From the IMG/VR virus record IMGVR_UViG_3300045988_173726, positions 128,001 through 192,000 of that record: DNA of 64,000 nt. One strand, 5' to 3'. The number at the start of each line of letters is the position of its first letter. Positions within the stretch are counted from its first letter, which is position 1. This document shows, one piece after another, positions 43,749-52,540 of the stretch. Under the pieces are notes generated by a model. It was given only the letters and a program-made list of their open reading frames with translations, did no database searches and was not told where the DNA came from. The stretch comes from a virus. The translations under genes were made by a program, and so were the position numbers.

Positions 43749-45866
43749 ATGGAAAAGCGGTTTTTAGCGGTAGCCGTTTGTCGAGGCGAGGACGGTAAAT
43801 ATCTAGGCTTACGAGTCGTAGACACGAAAGACAGAGTAGCACGGGCAGTAGATGCGAATATCCAGAGTATTCTAACGGTCTTAAAGGGCGGGGATGCTTT
43901 TTATAATTTAAGGCTTGGGGAGGACGGTAAGGTAAAGGTGACGGGGATGAATCCCGCGCGTATGCCAGTTATCGACTTAACGAAGAAGCCGACCGAAGAG
44001 GGGTATTGTAGTGATAAACAGGCGAAGATAGTGTTTGAGGATACGGGTCAGTATAACTTCGTCTGCTATGAGTGGTCGGGTAAGCGAGTCGTGCTTACGG
44101 GTTCTACTCTTGAGGAATATAGGGCGCATCTGGTAAACGATAAGGTTTATGTGACGGCTACGCCGTCCAACGCGCCAAAGGTGGCAGTAAGCCTTAAAGG
44201 TAACGGCGATAAGGTACAGGCGAAGTCCTCACATAGAACGTCAGAGGAGAGAGATAAGTTAATCGAGGAGGCAGAGAAACTTCGGAAAGCGGAGAAAGAG
44301 AAGCGCGGTGAAGATGAATCTGGGAGTCTCGGTGTTTTCCGTGTAATAGACAGCCCGAATACGATACGGAGCGGGGGCGATTTTCGGACAACCGACAATC
44401 TTTACACTTCGCAGATAATCGGTGTAGACGGCGATATGACGCTCGCGCAAAAGTATAAGACAGTTTACGATGACGGGAGTGAGGTAACGGTAGACTTAAA
44501 GTTTATGAAGGTCGCGAACGTGATTAGCGAGTATTGCGGATATTACGGCTCACTGTATCGAGCGATTGAGCATAAGTTTACCGATAAAGACGAGATAGTT
44601 CCGACTGCGGGAGCGTGTCCAGAGTATATTATTTTCAATGTAAAGTATTGTAACAGCCTTACTACGCCAGAGTTAGTGTTTATCCTGCTACATGAGTTAT
44701 CTCATATCGCTCTACAGCACGCTCTGCGTGGTAGAGGAAAGAATCACGATGTTTTTAACATTGCGGCAGACCTGATTATCAATAAGCAGATTTGCGAAGA
44801 GTATAAGGTTTCGCCTACAGGTGGCGTTTCAAAGCTAAGTGGGGAAGGTCAATCAGAAGATAAGTGCGGAATCGCGTTCCCAGACGGCGGTTTGTATAGC
44901 GCGGCGGTAGACTTAACGAAAGACACAGCAGAAAGTATCTATGAAGAGCTTATAAAGACCGCAAAGAAGAGGAAAAATAATAGCCTAGACGGAGATAACA
45001 TGCACAGGGGTACTTCCAAGGGCGACCAGAATAGTGGCGGCGGTGGAAGCTCTGATGGAAATACAAGCGGTAGTGGTGGAGACGGAGAGGGTGAAATCAC
45101 CGAGGTAGACTTTAGAGGGCAGAAGATAAGTTTACCTGCGTCTTTGCGAGATATTGCGGAGTCAGCGCGAGATGCGTCACTGGATAATTCGAGCCTAAAG
45201 GATAAACTAGACGAAGTAGCGCGGCGTGCTATGGTGCATTATAAGCAGTTTGGGCAGGGGCATAGCAACTTAGCGAGGGATATAGAGAAGGTGCTTGCAC
45301 CGCGCATACACTGGAAGAAGTATTTGCAGAAATACCTAATCGAAGCGTCACAGACTTTCGACACTTTTTCGTCTCCAGAGCGAAGATACTTAAGTAGAGG
45401 AATGACATTGCCTGGACCTCGGCATACAGACCCAGATACCATCAAAGGCTTAAAGGTTTGTATAGACACTTCTGGAAGTATAAGCAAAGAGGATTTAGGT
45501 ATCGCGCTCGGACAGGTAGCACAGCTTCTAAAGAAGTATAAAGCGGACGCAGAGGTAGTTTATTGGGACACCGAGGTAGCGGCTACGGGAAAGTTTTCGG
45601 ATATAGCGAGCCTTTATAAGCACGAAGCGAAAGGCGGGGGTGGAACGGATGTAAACTGTATCTTTGAGTATTTCAACTCTAAGGAGTGCAAAGATAAGCC
45701 GAAGTTAATCCTAATCTTCACGGATGGCTATTTCGGGAAGGTAGACATGCATCTGGTGAATCGACTGCACTGCAAGAAGAACATCATTTGGGTAATAAAT
45801 GACGATAACCTAGTAGATTTCAAGAGGCACATTGATTTCGGCAAGGTTGCCGTTTATAAGAACTGA
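43749..45866 (+). CDS. Domain-X + putative Zn-metallopeptidase (DUF2201-like) + vWA domain protein
   Basis: 705 aa. N-terminal FLAVAVCRGEDGKYLGLRVVDTKDRVARAVDANIQSILTVLKGGDAFYNLRL matches the paralog family at 47142-50331. HEXXH in FILLHELSHIALQH. Gly/Ser linker. vWA MIDAS VCIDTSGSIS, GGGGTD, LIFTDGY. Confidence 0.75.
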   Translation: MEKRFLAVAVCRGEDGKYLGLRVVDTKDRVARAVDANIQSILTVLKGGDAFYNLRLGEDGKVKVTGMNPARMPVIDLTKKPTEEGYCSDKQAKIVFEDTGQYNFVCYEWSGKRVVLTGSTLEEYRAHLVNDKVYVTATPSNAPKVAVSLKGNGDKVQAKSSHRTSEERDKLIEEAEKLRKAEKEKRGEDESGSLGVFRVIDSPNTIRSGGDFRTTDNLYTSQIIGVDGDMTLAQKYKTVYDDGSEVTVDLKFMKVANVISEYCGYYGSLYRAIEHKFTDKDEIVPTAGACPEYIIFNVKYCNSLTTPELVFILLHELSHIALQHALRGRGKNHDVFNIAADLIINKQICEEYKVSPTGGVSKLSGEGQSEDKCGIAFPDGGLYSAAVDLTKDTAESIYEELIKTAKKRKNNSLDGDNMHRGTSKGDQNSGGGGSSDGNTSGSGGDGEGEITEVDFRGQKISLPASLRDIAESARDASLDNSSLKDKLDEVARRAMVHYKQFGQGHSNLARDIEKVLAPRIHWKKYLQKYLIEASQTFDTFSSPERRYLSRGMTLPGPRHTDPDTIKGLKVCIDTSGSISKEDLGIALGQVAQLLKKYKADAEVVYWDTEVAATGKFSDIASLYKHEAKGGGGTDVNCIFEYFNSKECKDKPKLILIFTDGYFGKVDMHLVNRLHCKKNIIWVINDDNLVDFKRHIDFGKVAVYKN

Positions 45867-45883
45867 TTAAGAGGAGAGAAGCT

Positions 45884-47128
45884 ATGGCAAATTATAATAT
45901 GATAACTGTGAAGTTAAGACAGTTTAGGGAGATGGTGCGTAAACAGCTTGAGGCGAAGTTGTATACGCCTATACTTGCACTCGGAAAGCCGGGAGTAGGT
46001 AAGACGGAAACGCTGTCAGCGCTTGCAAAGGAGCTTGGAATCGGGTATTGCGAGTTCCGAGTAGCGAGTATGACACTGGTGGATGTGCTGGGTATTCCGC
46101 ATGAGATTGAGCAGGAGAAGGGCGGGATGGTAACGCTGTGGTCGCCAAACGGCTTATTGCCGAATGAGGAGAGAGACGGAGAGGTAGGTATACTGGCGCT
46201 AGACGAGATAACAGCGGCGAAGCCAGAGATGAGAACTACGCTCTTACAGTTGCTTGACTCTAGGCGACAGGTCGCGTCCTACAAGTTTCCAGAGCATTGG
46301 GTTTGCATTGCTATCGGTAACGATGACGAGTCGGGCGCGGATTATCAAGGTATCGAGTCCCCGTTTATCGGACGATGCGGCTTAAAGATGCTTCTTGACC
46401 CAGACTTTGATGACTGGAAGCCTTGGGCGTTACAGCACGATATAAACACGACCATTCTTGCGTTTATCGAGAGTGATAAGAGTAAGTTAAACACCTTTGA
46501 CCCGAGTGCGGATGTCGAGGTTTATGCGTCACAGCGAGATTGGGCTAACTTTAGCAAGTTTCTAAATCACTTAGAGTCTTGTAACGGTGGCGCACCGCTT
46601 GACGAAATGACGGTATCGCTGTTTGCGAAGGCTTCTGTGGGAGAGAAAGTTGGACCAGAATTCGCAATGTATTATAGATATAATACGCAGATAGTATCTG
46701 CGGAGGCTCTGTTAAACGGAACGGCAGAGGTAAACTTTGCAGGGCTGGATAACGCAAAGTTTTATCTATTACAGAAGCATGTCAATCAGATTATCATAGA
46801 CGACTTAAAGGGAACTTACGATGCAAACCTTTCTTACAGGTTTGACGAGAAGATAAAGATTAGTGACGATGTTAAGCGTCATCTAACGAATCTGATTAAG
46901 TTTATCGTTGAGTTACCTTCTTCCGAGTGGCGAGCAGTTACGATAACAGACTTAACACATACTGTTTCTGCGTCTATCGGAATATTCTACGATGTAGATA
47001 CTAACCAGACAGGTGTGTTTAATGACAGGACATTGAGGGATAAGTTTAAGAAGGCGTTTGACGATATTGCGCTCTATATGAGTCAGCAAGAGGACGCGCT
47101 TACGCTTGCAAAGAGCCAGAAGAAGTGA
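45884..47128 (+). CDS. MoxR/AAA_5-type AAA+ ATPase
   Basis: 414 aa. SD AGAGGAGAG. Walker A LGKPGVGKTE. Walker B ILALDEITAA. Sensor region VCIAIGND. Classic genomic partner of vWA proteins. Confidence 0.75.
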   Translation: MANYNMITVKLRQFREMVRKQLEAKLYTPILALGKPGVGKTETLSALAKELGIGYCEFRVASMTLVDVLGIPHEIEQEKGGMVTLWSPNGLLPNEERDGEVGILALDEITAAKPEMRTTLLQLLDSRRQVASYKFPEHWVCIAIGNDDESGADYQGIESPFIGRCGLKMLLDPDFDDWKPWALQHDINTTILAFIESDKSKLNTFDPSADVEVYASQRDWANFSKFLNHLESCNGGAPLDEMTVSLFAKASVGEKVGPEFAMYYRYNTQIVSAEALLNGTAEVNFAGLDNAKFYLLQKHVNQIIIDDLKGTYDANLSYRFDEKIKISDDVKRHLTNLIKFIVELPSSEWRAVTITDLTHTVSASIGIFYDVDTNQTGVFNDRTLRDKFKKAFDDIALYMSQQEDALTLAKSQKK

Positions 47129-47141
47129 GGAGGGGGAAAAC

Positions 47142-48248
47142 ATGGATGCAGTATTCATTGTAATCAATAAGCGAGACACCGAGCAGGGTGCGGTTTATGC
47201 GTTTGCGGCGCTTGCGAATGACGGGGTAGGATGTGACTATAAGCCTTTGTGGAAGGGTGAATGCCAAGAGAGTGATTTAACGCCGCTTGTAAAGTATGCG
47301 CGTAGCATCGGAAGCACGCATCAAGTGAAGTTTCTGAACTTCAAGTTAAAGGACAAGAAGGTTTTGCCAGTCGGATATAGCTTTGAGGTGTTTAAGAGGG
47401 AGAAAGCGAAGCCGAATGTTTTGCTTAACGAGGTTAGGTCAGAGGAGACAGGGGCGTTACTAGGATATACGATATATGTAACGGATTCGGGTAAGGTAGC
47501 AAATGTATCCTTGGTTAAGCTTATGCCTGCTGTTAAGAAGTATCAAGAGAGCGGCTTAAAGTTAACCCATAACGCAATGTATATCGGCGCTACAAAGGAC
47601 AAGAAAGAGTATCTAAAGCAGTTTATCGAGGGAAGTATTCCGAGTAGGTCTGTAAAGACAGGGCAGAATACGAAGGTAGACGCAGAGAAAGCGGAGATGT
47701 CTAAGGAGAAGATAGACAGTAACGCTAAGAAAGAGAGCGCGGCGAGTAAGTTTACGGCAGAGCAGATGGCGGTATTACGGAAGGCGCATAACGAGGGTGT
47801 AAACTATAAGAAGTTTGCGAAGCCAGAGCTGTCGCCCGAGCAGATGGAGATGCTTTACGAGATAGAGAAGCTTGGAAGGCTTGACAGCAGATATTTAGCA
47901 TTCCCTCGGTATAGTAGAGAGGTGCTTGAGTTTTACTATTCAGAGCTTAAATTAAAGGACGATTTAAGTTGCTTTGTAGAGACAAGAAACGGTAAGCGAG
48001 TGATGGCGAGCGAGTATAACATCGCGCAGATGTATCAGATTCGTCTCGGAAGCCTTATGGGAATCGACTATCACAGGTATATGAATCCGAAGCTTAGTGT
48101 TAGAGAGATGTCGAACATAAGAGAGGCATTGGAGTCAAACCTTTGGGTCGGCGCGAGTGAGTTTATTTCTGGAAGTGAGCAGTCGGGTGTTCTGATAAAG
48201 ACGCTTAATTTCGGGAAGAAGCATAAGAAGCGCGGGGGAAAAGAGTAA
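47142..48248 (+). CDS. Domain-X paralog 1 with C-terminal helical-repeat extension, function unknown
   Basis: 368 aa from ATG 47142 (SD GAGGAGGGGG). The track start 47106 overlaps the MoxR gene. Block 1 HQVKFLNFKLKDKKVLPVGYSF. Block 2 VLLNEVRSEETGALLGYTIYVTDSGKVANVSLVKLMPAVKKYQESGLKLTHNAMY. C-terminal repeats FTAEQMAVLRKA / LSPEQMEMLYEI / YNIAQMYQIRLG / LSVREMSNIREA. Confidence 0.65.
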   Translation: MDAVFIVINKRDTEQGAVYAFAALANDGVGCDYKPLWKGECQESDLTPLVKYARSIGSTHQVKFLNFKLKDKKVLPVGYSFEVFKREKAKPNVLLNEVRSEETGALLGYTIYVTDSGKVANVSLVKLMPAVKKYQESGLKLTHNAMYIGATKDKKEYLKQFIEGSIPSRSVKTGQNTKVDAEKAEMSKEKIDSNAKKESAASKFTAEQMAVLRKAHNEGVNYKKFAKPELSPEQMEMLYEIEKLGRLDSRYLAFPRYSREVLEFYYSELKLKDDLSCFVETRNGKRVMASEYNIAQMYQIRLGSLMGIDYHRYMNPKLSVREMSNIREALESNLWVGASEFISGSEQSGVLIKTLNFGKKHKKRGGKE

Positions 48249-48270
48249 GGTTTTATGAGGGGGCGTTATG

Positions 48271-48298
48271 AGGGGCGGTTAAACCGCCCCTTTGATTT
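48271..48298 (+). terminator. Rho-independent terminator candidate
   Basis: AGGGGCGGT (48271-48279), TAA loop, ACCGCCCCT (48283-48291), then TTGATTT. Confidence 0.6.
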
Positions 48299-48319
48299 AG
48301 GGGATTTTGGGAGGAGAGT

Positions 48320-48946
48320 ATGCGTTATATATTTTTAATCACGGGTATACGGACGGCAGGGGTAGATACGGTTTATAGGCTTGCGATAGTGCGCAAATCT
48401 AGTGTTGTAGACGACTTAAAGTACGAAATCATGTCACACAGCAAGACCTTGCGAGCAACCAATGGGATTTTAATGGGTGAAAGTTATAACATGCTAAGTA
48501 ATATGCTCGCGTCTATCGTAAAAGCAAAGGAGTCGTTCACTTTTGCAAATTTCGAGTTAGACGAAAAAACGCGGACGATAGTGCCTTATGGTAACGGGTT
48601 TGCGAGTGGCGGGGTATTGGTAGCCTTGGATGACTTGCGGGTAACAGAGCAGGGGGCTAAGGTAGGTTATACAGTGTATAACCTAGAGAGCGGGACGATA
48701 GAGTTTATACGGGTAGCAGATTTGCTTTCTGTGGCGATAGCGTATGACGCTAGGGGGCTATGTCTCGTGCAGAATTTACGGTTTCATAAGTCAAAAGAGG
48801 GCGAGATAAAGAAGTTAGCATGCTTTTGGCACAGTAGGGAGCATTACGGGGTAGCGGTTATACCGAAGAAGGCGCATGGGGTGCTTGGTTTTGAGCGAAG
48901 CTCCCGTATGATAACAGAGGGACTAATGCGTAGGTTAGAGATGTAA
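48320..48946 (+). CDS. Domain-X paralog 2, function unknown
   Basis: 208 aa. SD GGGAGGAGAG. Block 1 ESFTFANFELDEKTRTIVPYGNGF. Block 2 VLVALDDLRVTEQGAKVGYTVYNLESGTIEFIRVADLLSVAIAYDARGLCLVQNLRF. Confidence 0.65.
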   Translation: MRYIFLITGIRTAGVDTVYRLAIVRKSSVVDDLKYEIMSHSKTLRATNGILMGESYNMLSNMLASIVKAKESFTFANFELDEKTRTIVPYGNGFASGGVLVALDDLRVTEQGAKVGYTVYNLESGTIEFIRVADLLSVAIAYDARGLCLVQNLRFHKSKEGEIKKLACFWHSREHYGVAVIPKKAHGVLGFERSSRMITEGLMRRLEM

Positions 48947-48961
48947 ACGGAGGAGTTTATT

Positions 48962-49714
48962 ATGAGACAGGCAGAGTTCGTGATGACAGGGCTTAAGGCG
49001 CTTGATAGAGAGTCTTACTACTCGGCGAAGGTAGGGGTATTTGAGCATGAGGCAGGGGAGATAGAGAGGAAGCTCATACGGGAGTTTGAGACTCGGATAG
49101 CTTCTAGCGATAATAGAGAGTATTTTGAGATAAAGGATGAGAATGGGGTTTATCGCCTCGCGTCAGCGACAGAGGAGTTTAAGCGGACGCATGAAGTAGT
49201 GTGGGTAAACTTTAGCGATAGCTATTTGCCACATGAGGGGAAAGCGCCTTACGGGGTGGGTAACGGGATATACTGTAATGTAAGGGATTTTGTGGCATTA
49301 AGCCGCCTCGGGGCGTATATCGTGTTAATGGGTAAAATCGAGTCATCGGACGGGTATCTGCTTGGATATACAGCGCTCTCTACGGTAACGGGAAAAGTTT
49401 TTAATCTGCCGTGTGTAGGCGTTTATCCGATAAAGGACATTACGAATAGGTATCGTCACTGGGAGTTTTGTAGTAACGGAAGATACATAGACGGAGAAAT
49501 CCCATATTTAGAGTCTAGCGTAGAGTATACGATAGGTGGTATGGGGATAGGGATAGAGAGCAAGGCGTTTTACTATTTAGACACGGTTAAGCTCACAGAG
49601 AAGCCAGTATATAGCGAGATGTTTTCAGAGTTTACGGGGGAGATAGAGGCTATCTTAGAGGGGCTTCCAGAGACAGACTATAAACGCGGGGCAGAGCTTA
49701 AGGTAGAGAGGTAA
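48962..49714 (+). CDS. Domain-X paralog 3, function unknown
   Basis: 250 aa. SD ACGGAGGAG. Block 1 HEVVWVNFSDSYLPHEGKAPYGVGNG. Block 2 YIVLMGKIESSDGYLLGYTALSTVTGKVFNLPCVGVYPIKDITNRYRHWEFCSNGRY. Confidence 0.65.
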   Translation: MRQAEFVMTGLKALDRESYYSAKVGVFEHEAGEIERKLIREFETRIASSDNREYFEIKDENGVYRLASATEEFKRTHEVVWVNFSDSYLPHEGKAPYGVGNGIYCNVRDFVALSRLGAYIVLMGKIESSDGYLLGYTALSTVTGKVFNLPCVGVYPIKDITNRYRHWEFCSNGRYIDGEIPYLESSVEYTIGGMGIGIESKAFYYLDTVKLTEKPVYSEMFSEFTGEIEAILEGLPETDYKRGAELKVER

Positions 49715-49722
49715 GGGGTAGG

Positions 49723-50331
49723 ATGCGAGCTTCTTCGGAGGAATTACGACTAATTATTACAAACTGCAAGGGAGAATCTTCGAGAAAGCAATTCACAGTA
49801 AAGGTCTTTACGGGGAGTCCTTTTAAGGGCGGGTATAAGTTAGCGGATGAGTTTACAGGCGGCGGTAGTTATCTTAGGTGGCGGATAGAGAGGTTGCGGG
49901 CTACGGGGATAGTCGTTTGTGTAAACTTTAGGCTTCGGGAGCGGTATCGAGAGGTAGAGGTTAAGCCTGTCGGGAGAGAGTTTACGGAGGCGGCGGGTGT
50001 CGCAGTAAATCTAATCTTGTCCTTAACAGGGAGTAGTAGAGACTGGGCAGGGGTAGCGCTTTATCTTCGAGAGACGGGGAAAATCGTTTATGTGCGGCGA
50101 AGCGAGGCACAGGAGACAGAGAGAGCTTATCGGGATTCTGGGAGAGTATTCGCCCAAAACCTCTGTTTGCGGAAGAAGTGTGATGGCACGGAGACGCTCT
50201 GTCGGGTGCAAGGCGCATCTCGGCGGGTTCAACTCTTAAAGCCTGCAAAGGATTTCGAGCTAGATAAAATTTGGAATGCAAGCAGTAAAGACTTTACAAA
50301 CTTTTTGAAATGTGATAAAAGAGAAGGGTAA
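49723..50331 (+). CDS. Domain-X paralog 4, function unknown
   Basis: 202 aa. SD AAGGGGTAGG. Block 1 GIVVCVNFRLRERYREVEVKPVGREF. Block 2 VAVNLILSLTGSSRDWAGVALYLRETGKIVYVRRSEAQETERAYRDSGRVFAQNLCL. Confidence 0.6.
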   Translation: MRASSEELRLIITNCKGESSRKQFTVKVFTGSPFKGGYKLADEFTGGGSYLRWRIERLRATGIVVCVNFRLRERYREVEVKPVGREFTEAAGVAVNLILSLTGSSRDWAGVALYLRETGKIVYVRRSEAQETERAYRDSGRVFAQNLCLRKKCDGTETLCRVQGASRRVQLLKPAKDFELDKIWNASSKDFTNFLKCDKREG

Positions 50332-50348
50332 CCCCTTCTTTTTTATTT
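50321..50348 (+). terminator. Rho-independent terminator overlapping the stop codon
   Basis: GAGAAGGG (50321-50328), TAAC loop, CCCTTCTT (50333-50340), then TTTTTATTT. Confidence 0.6.
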
Positions 50349-50406
50349 AGAATCGCATGAGGAGTTGGAAAGAATTGCGGGGGTTAGTGGCATGGAGGTC
50401 TGGAAA

Positions 50407-52122
50407 ATGGTTGTTCTTTGTCGTATCGGAGCTAGTAGTCTAAATGTAGTGCTTAATGATGGGGAGATAGAGTTTATTCCCGAAGAGGAGTTAGGCGAGT
50501 CGGTAGCTAACGCGGGTTTGCCTACTGCCGAGGGGGATAAGAGAGTTGTATTTGAGGTAGACGGTAAGTTTTATATTGTAGCAGTAAGGGGTTTTGAGGC
50601 TCGTGTGTACCTGTCTGACGCTCGGTATATTAACAACTCTCGGGTAAAGGAAGTATATGTTTATGATGGAGCTAATTTTAACCGAACAGAGCGCGAGGAA
50701 GTAGAGTCTCCGTTTCGATATAAGTTTAAGCCGCTTGAGATTAAGACAAGCGACTATAGAGACGGGGAAATCGTTTATAAGGTCGGGGTATACAAGATAG
50801 CGGTCGAGAGTGAAGAGGTTAAGGAGACAGGTAGTAAAGTAAGCCTGTTTGATGACGAAACGGAAGATAGAAGCGAAGCGATAGTAGATATTCCGAGAAA
50901 GTATAGCGAGTATAAGAGCGACTGCAAGCTGTGTCACGGGACAGGGAAGGCAATAAACAAGTTAGGATATGTAGTAGAGTGTAGCTGTGGTAGAGCGCTC
51001 TTTGAGGAGCGGGAGCGACTTAGGGAGCTTGCGGAGAGGAAGCCCGTATTCAGCGTTCCGAAGTCGGTAAGTGAGATAGCGGTGTTAAAGGGTCTTGTGC
51101 CGAGCGAGCATGAGAACATTGTGTACGATTCGGAGTATGTTTATCGCCGTATCACTGGGTCTATCGGAGGGGATAGAGTAGTAGGGTTTGAAAACTACGA
51201 TAAAGCGGTGTGTTCGATAATCAATGCTTGCAGGACAGGGACAAAGGTGCGGCACAGTTACTTACTGGCGGCAGACACGGGGTTTGGGAAAAAGAGTTTC
51301 GTGTATACTTGCCTAAAGTATCTTTTGGGTAGGGATGTGAGAGTTCCTAAGTATCTGTCGCTGTCAGAGATAGGCTTTCTTTCAGAGAAGCGAGTGAAGC
51401 AAGCAAAGGCGTTAAATGTGCCGACCTACTATTTTCGGTATAACGAGAGTGACAAGTTTAGGTTTATCTGGGCAGAGGTCAGTAAGAAAGCGGAGAGGCG
51501 GCTTTTAGAGATATTAGCGGAGCGTTCTGCTGGGGTCGGAATCAGTTTATCGGAGAAGGAGTTCAGTGACTTAAAGCACGAGGTCGATTATGCGGTGCTG
51601 GAAGAGGTGACAGGGTTATATAATGAGGCGATAAAGGGGTATGACAGGAACGACACCGAGGGGATAGCGGCGAAGGTAAACGAGGTATTAGCGAAGCAGT
51701 TAGATACTTACGAGGACATCTTGAATGCGCCGATATTGTTTACATATTTTGCAGAGTATACGAACATTCAGTACGAGGTAGAGGTCTTGCATACGCTATT
51801 AACGGTCAGAGGAAACAAGTGTTTGCCGACTATCGTGCTAATGGAGGACAGTGTGCGAAAGTTCGGCAATATAGTCGGCTACAGTAACGGAGCAGAGGGA
51901 GACATAGAGGTAGATGCGATTAGAGCCTTGTCAGACCACTGGGGAAGTATGCTAAGTGAGAACAGCACTTTCTTTATGGAGAACTTGAATGCGAAGAAGG
52001 TAGCGGAAGATATGGCTGGAGAATCGAATTATAAGCGGATGATATATGTAAACTGCTACAAGACTAGGGATTACTTAAAGGCGCTAGTCGGAAGTCGAAA
52101 GAAGCGAGGTGGAAAGGCGTGA
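50407..52122 (+). CDS. Domain-X-like N-terminus + DnaJ-type CxxCxGxG zinc finger + P-loop NTPase-like domain, function unknown
   Basis: 571 aa from ATG 50407 (SD GGAGG 8 nt upstream; ATG 50392 and TTG 50365 are alternatives). VVLCRIGASSLNVVLNDGEIEFIPEEEL resembles block 2. CKLCHGTGKAINKLGYVVECSCG. Walker-A-like LLAADTGFGKKSF, where GKK replaces GK[ST]. Confidence 0.55.
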   Translation: MVVLCRIGASSLNVVLNDGEIEFIPEEELGESVANAGLPTAEGDKRVVFEVDGKFYIVAVRGFEARVYLSDARYINNSRVKEVYVYDGANFNRTEREEVESPFRYKFKPLEIKTSDYRDGEIVYKVGVYKIAVESEEVKETGSKVSLFDDETEDRSEAIVDIPRKYSEYKSDCKLCHGTGKAINKLGYVVECSCGRALFEERERLRELAERKPVFSVPKSVSEIAVLKGLVPSEHENIVYDSEYVYRRITGSIGGDRVVGFENYDKAVCSIINACRTGTKVRHSYLLAADTGFGKKSFVYTCLKYLLGRDVRVPKYLSLSEIGFLSEKRVKQAKALNVPTYYFRYNESDKFRFIWAEVSKKAERRLLEILAERSAGVGISLSEKEFSDLKHEVDYAVLEEVTGLYNEAIKGYDRNDTEGIAAKVNEVLAKQLDTYEDILNAPILFTYFAEYTNIQYEVEVLHTLLTVRGNKCLPTIVLMEDSVRKFGNIVGYSNGAEGDIEVDAIRALSDHWGSMLSENSTFFMENLNAKKVAEDMAGESNYKRMIYVNCYKTRDYLKALVGSRKKRGGKA

Positions 52123-52194
52123 AGCGGCTATGGTAATTTATCAGTAGCATAGCGGTAGAGAGCAATTAACACAAGTACACGCCTAAAAACAAAG

Positions 52195-52470
52195 GTCATA
52201 ATAGTCAGCTAGACCTACAAAGAAATTTGTCGTACACAAGGGCTTTTATAAACTGTAATTAAATAAAATTTTCAAGCCTAGTCGTATCCGAGGCAGGATT
52301 CAATTTTATAAACTTCTCAAAGCAAGCGAAATACCGATACTGAATTTCGGGGTGAACCCGTAGGTAAAATCGACATACCAGACACCGAATTTTAGCCTCT
52401 TAAAAAGAGGGGGTTTCGGAGAAGGTCTTTTCGGGGGCGGGGCGTTTAAGGGCGGCGAGCGGATAGCACG
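52195..52470 (+). repeat. Non-coding element, copy B (paralog of 1-300), upstream of the Ter-type operon
   Basis: See copy A for the shared blocks. The whole 52123-52540 gap (~418 nt) has no credible ORF. It includes small hairpins (CGAAAT..ATTTCG at ~52327-52349; CCTCTT-AAA-AAGAGG at 52396-52410). Confidence 0.6.
52227..52254 (+). promoter_or_regulatory. Weak candidate promoter inside element copy B
   Basis: TTGTCG (52227-52232), 16-nt spacer, TAAACT (52249-52254). Positionally equivalent to 69-96. Would give a ~280-nt leader. Confidence 0.25.
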
Positions 52471-52540
52471 AGTTGCCCATTACACTAGTACACGCTAGGC
52501 AGTCGGTTTGGGAAATTTAGGAGAGAGGAGAGGGAGGAAA

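Noticed and set aside
52128-52158. Hairpin GCTATG..CATAGC right after the 50407-52122 gene as a terminator
   Set aside because: Only 6-8 bp with a mismatch, a 15-nt loop and no T-tract.
12393-52540. Longer N-terminal extensions given by the ORF track (12393, 15484, 27521, 31082, 38411, 47106, 50365, 52508)
   Set aside because: These starts use GTG/TTG/ATG codons that lie inside terminators, abut or precede the SD, or overlap the upstream gene. In each case a downstream start has a properly spaced SD and gives a sensible N-terminus, such as a signal peptide or lipobox.
52123-52540. tRNA, small RNA gene or transposase remnant in the large intergenic gaps (also 12142-12446 and 27362-27520)
   Set aside because: No cloverleaf-compatible sequence (no GTTCGAATC-like T-arm with a matching acceptor stem). 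No terminal inverted repeats and no ORF fragments. Only short hairpins and the shared motifs reported above.
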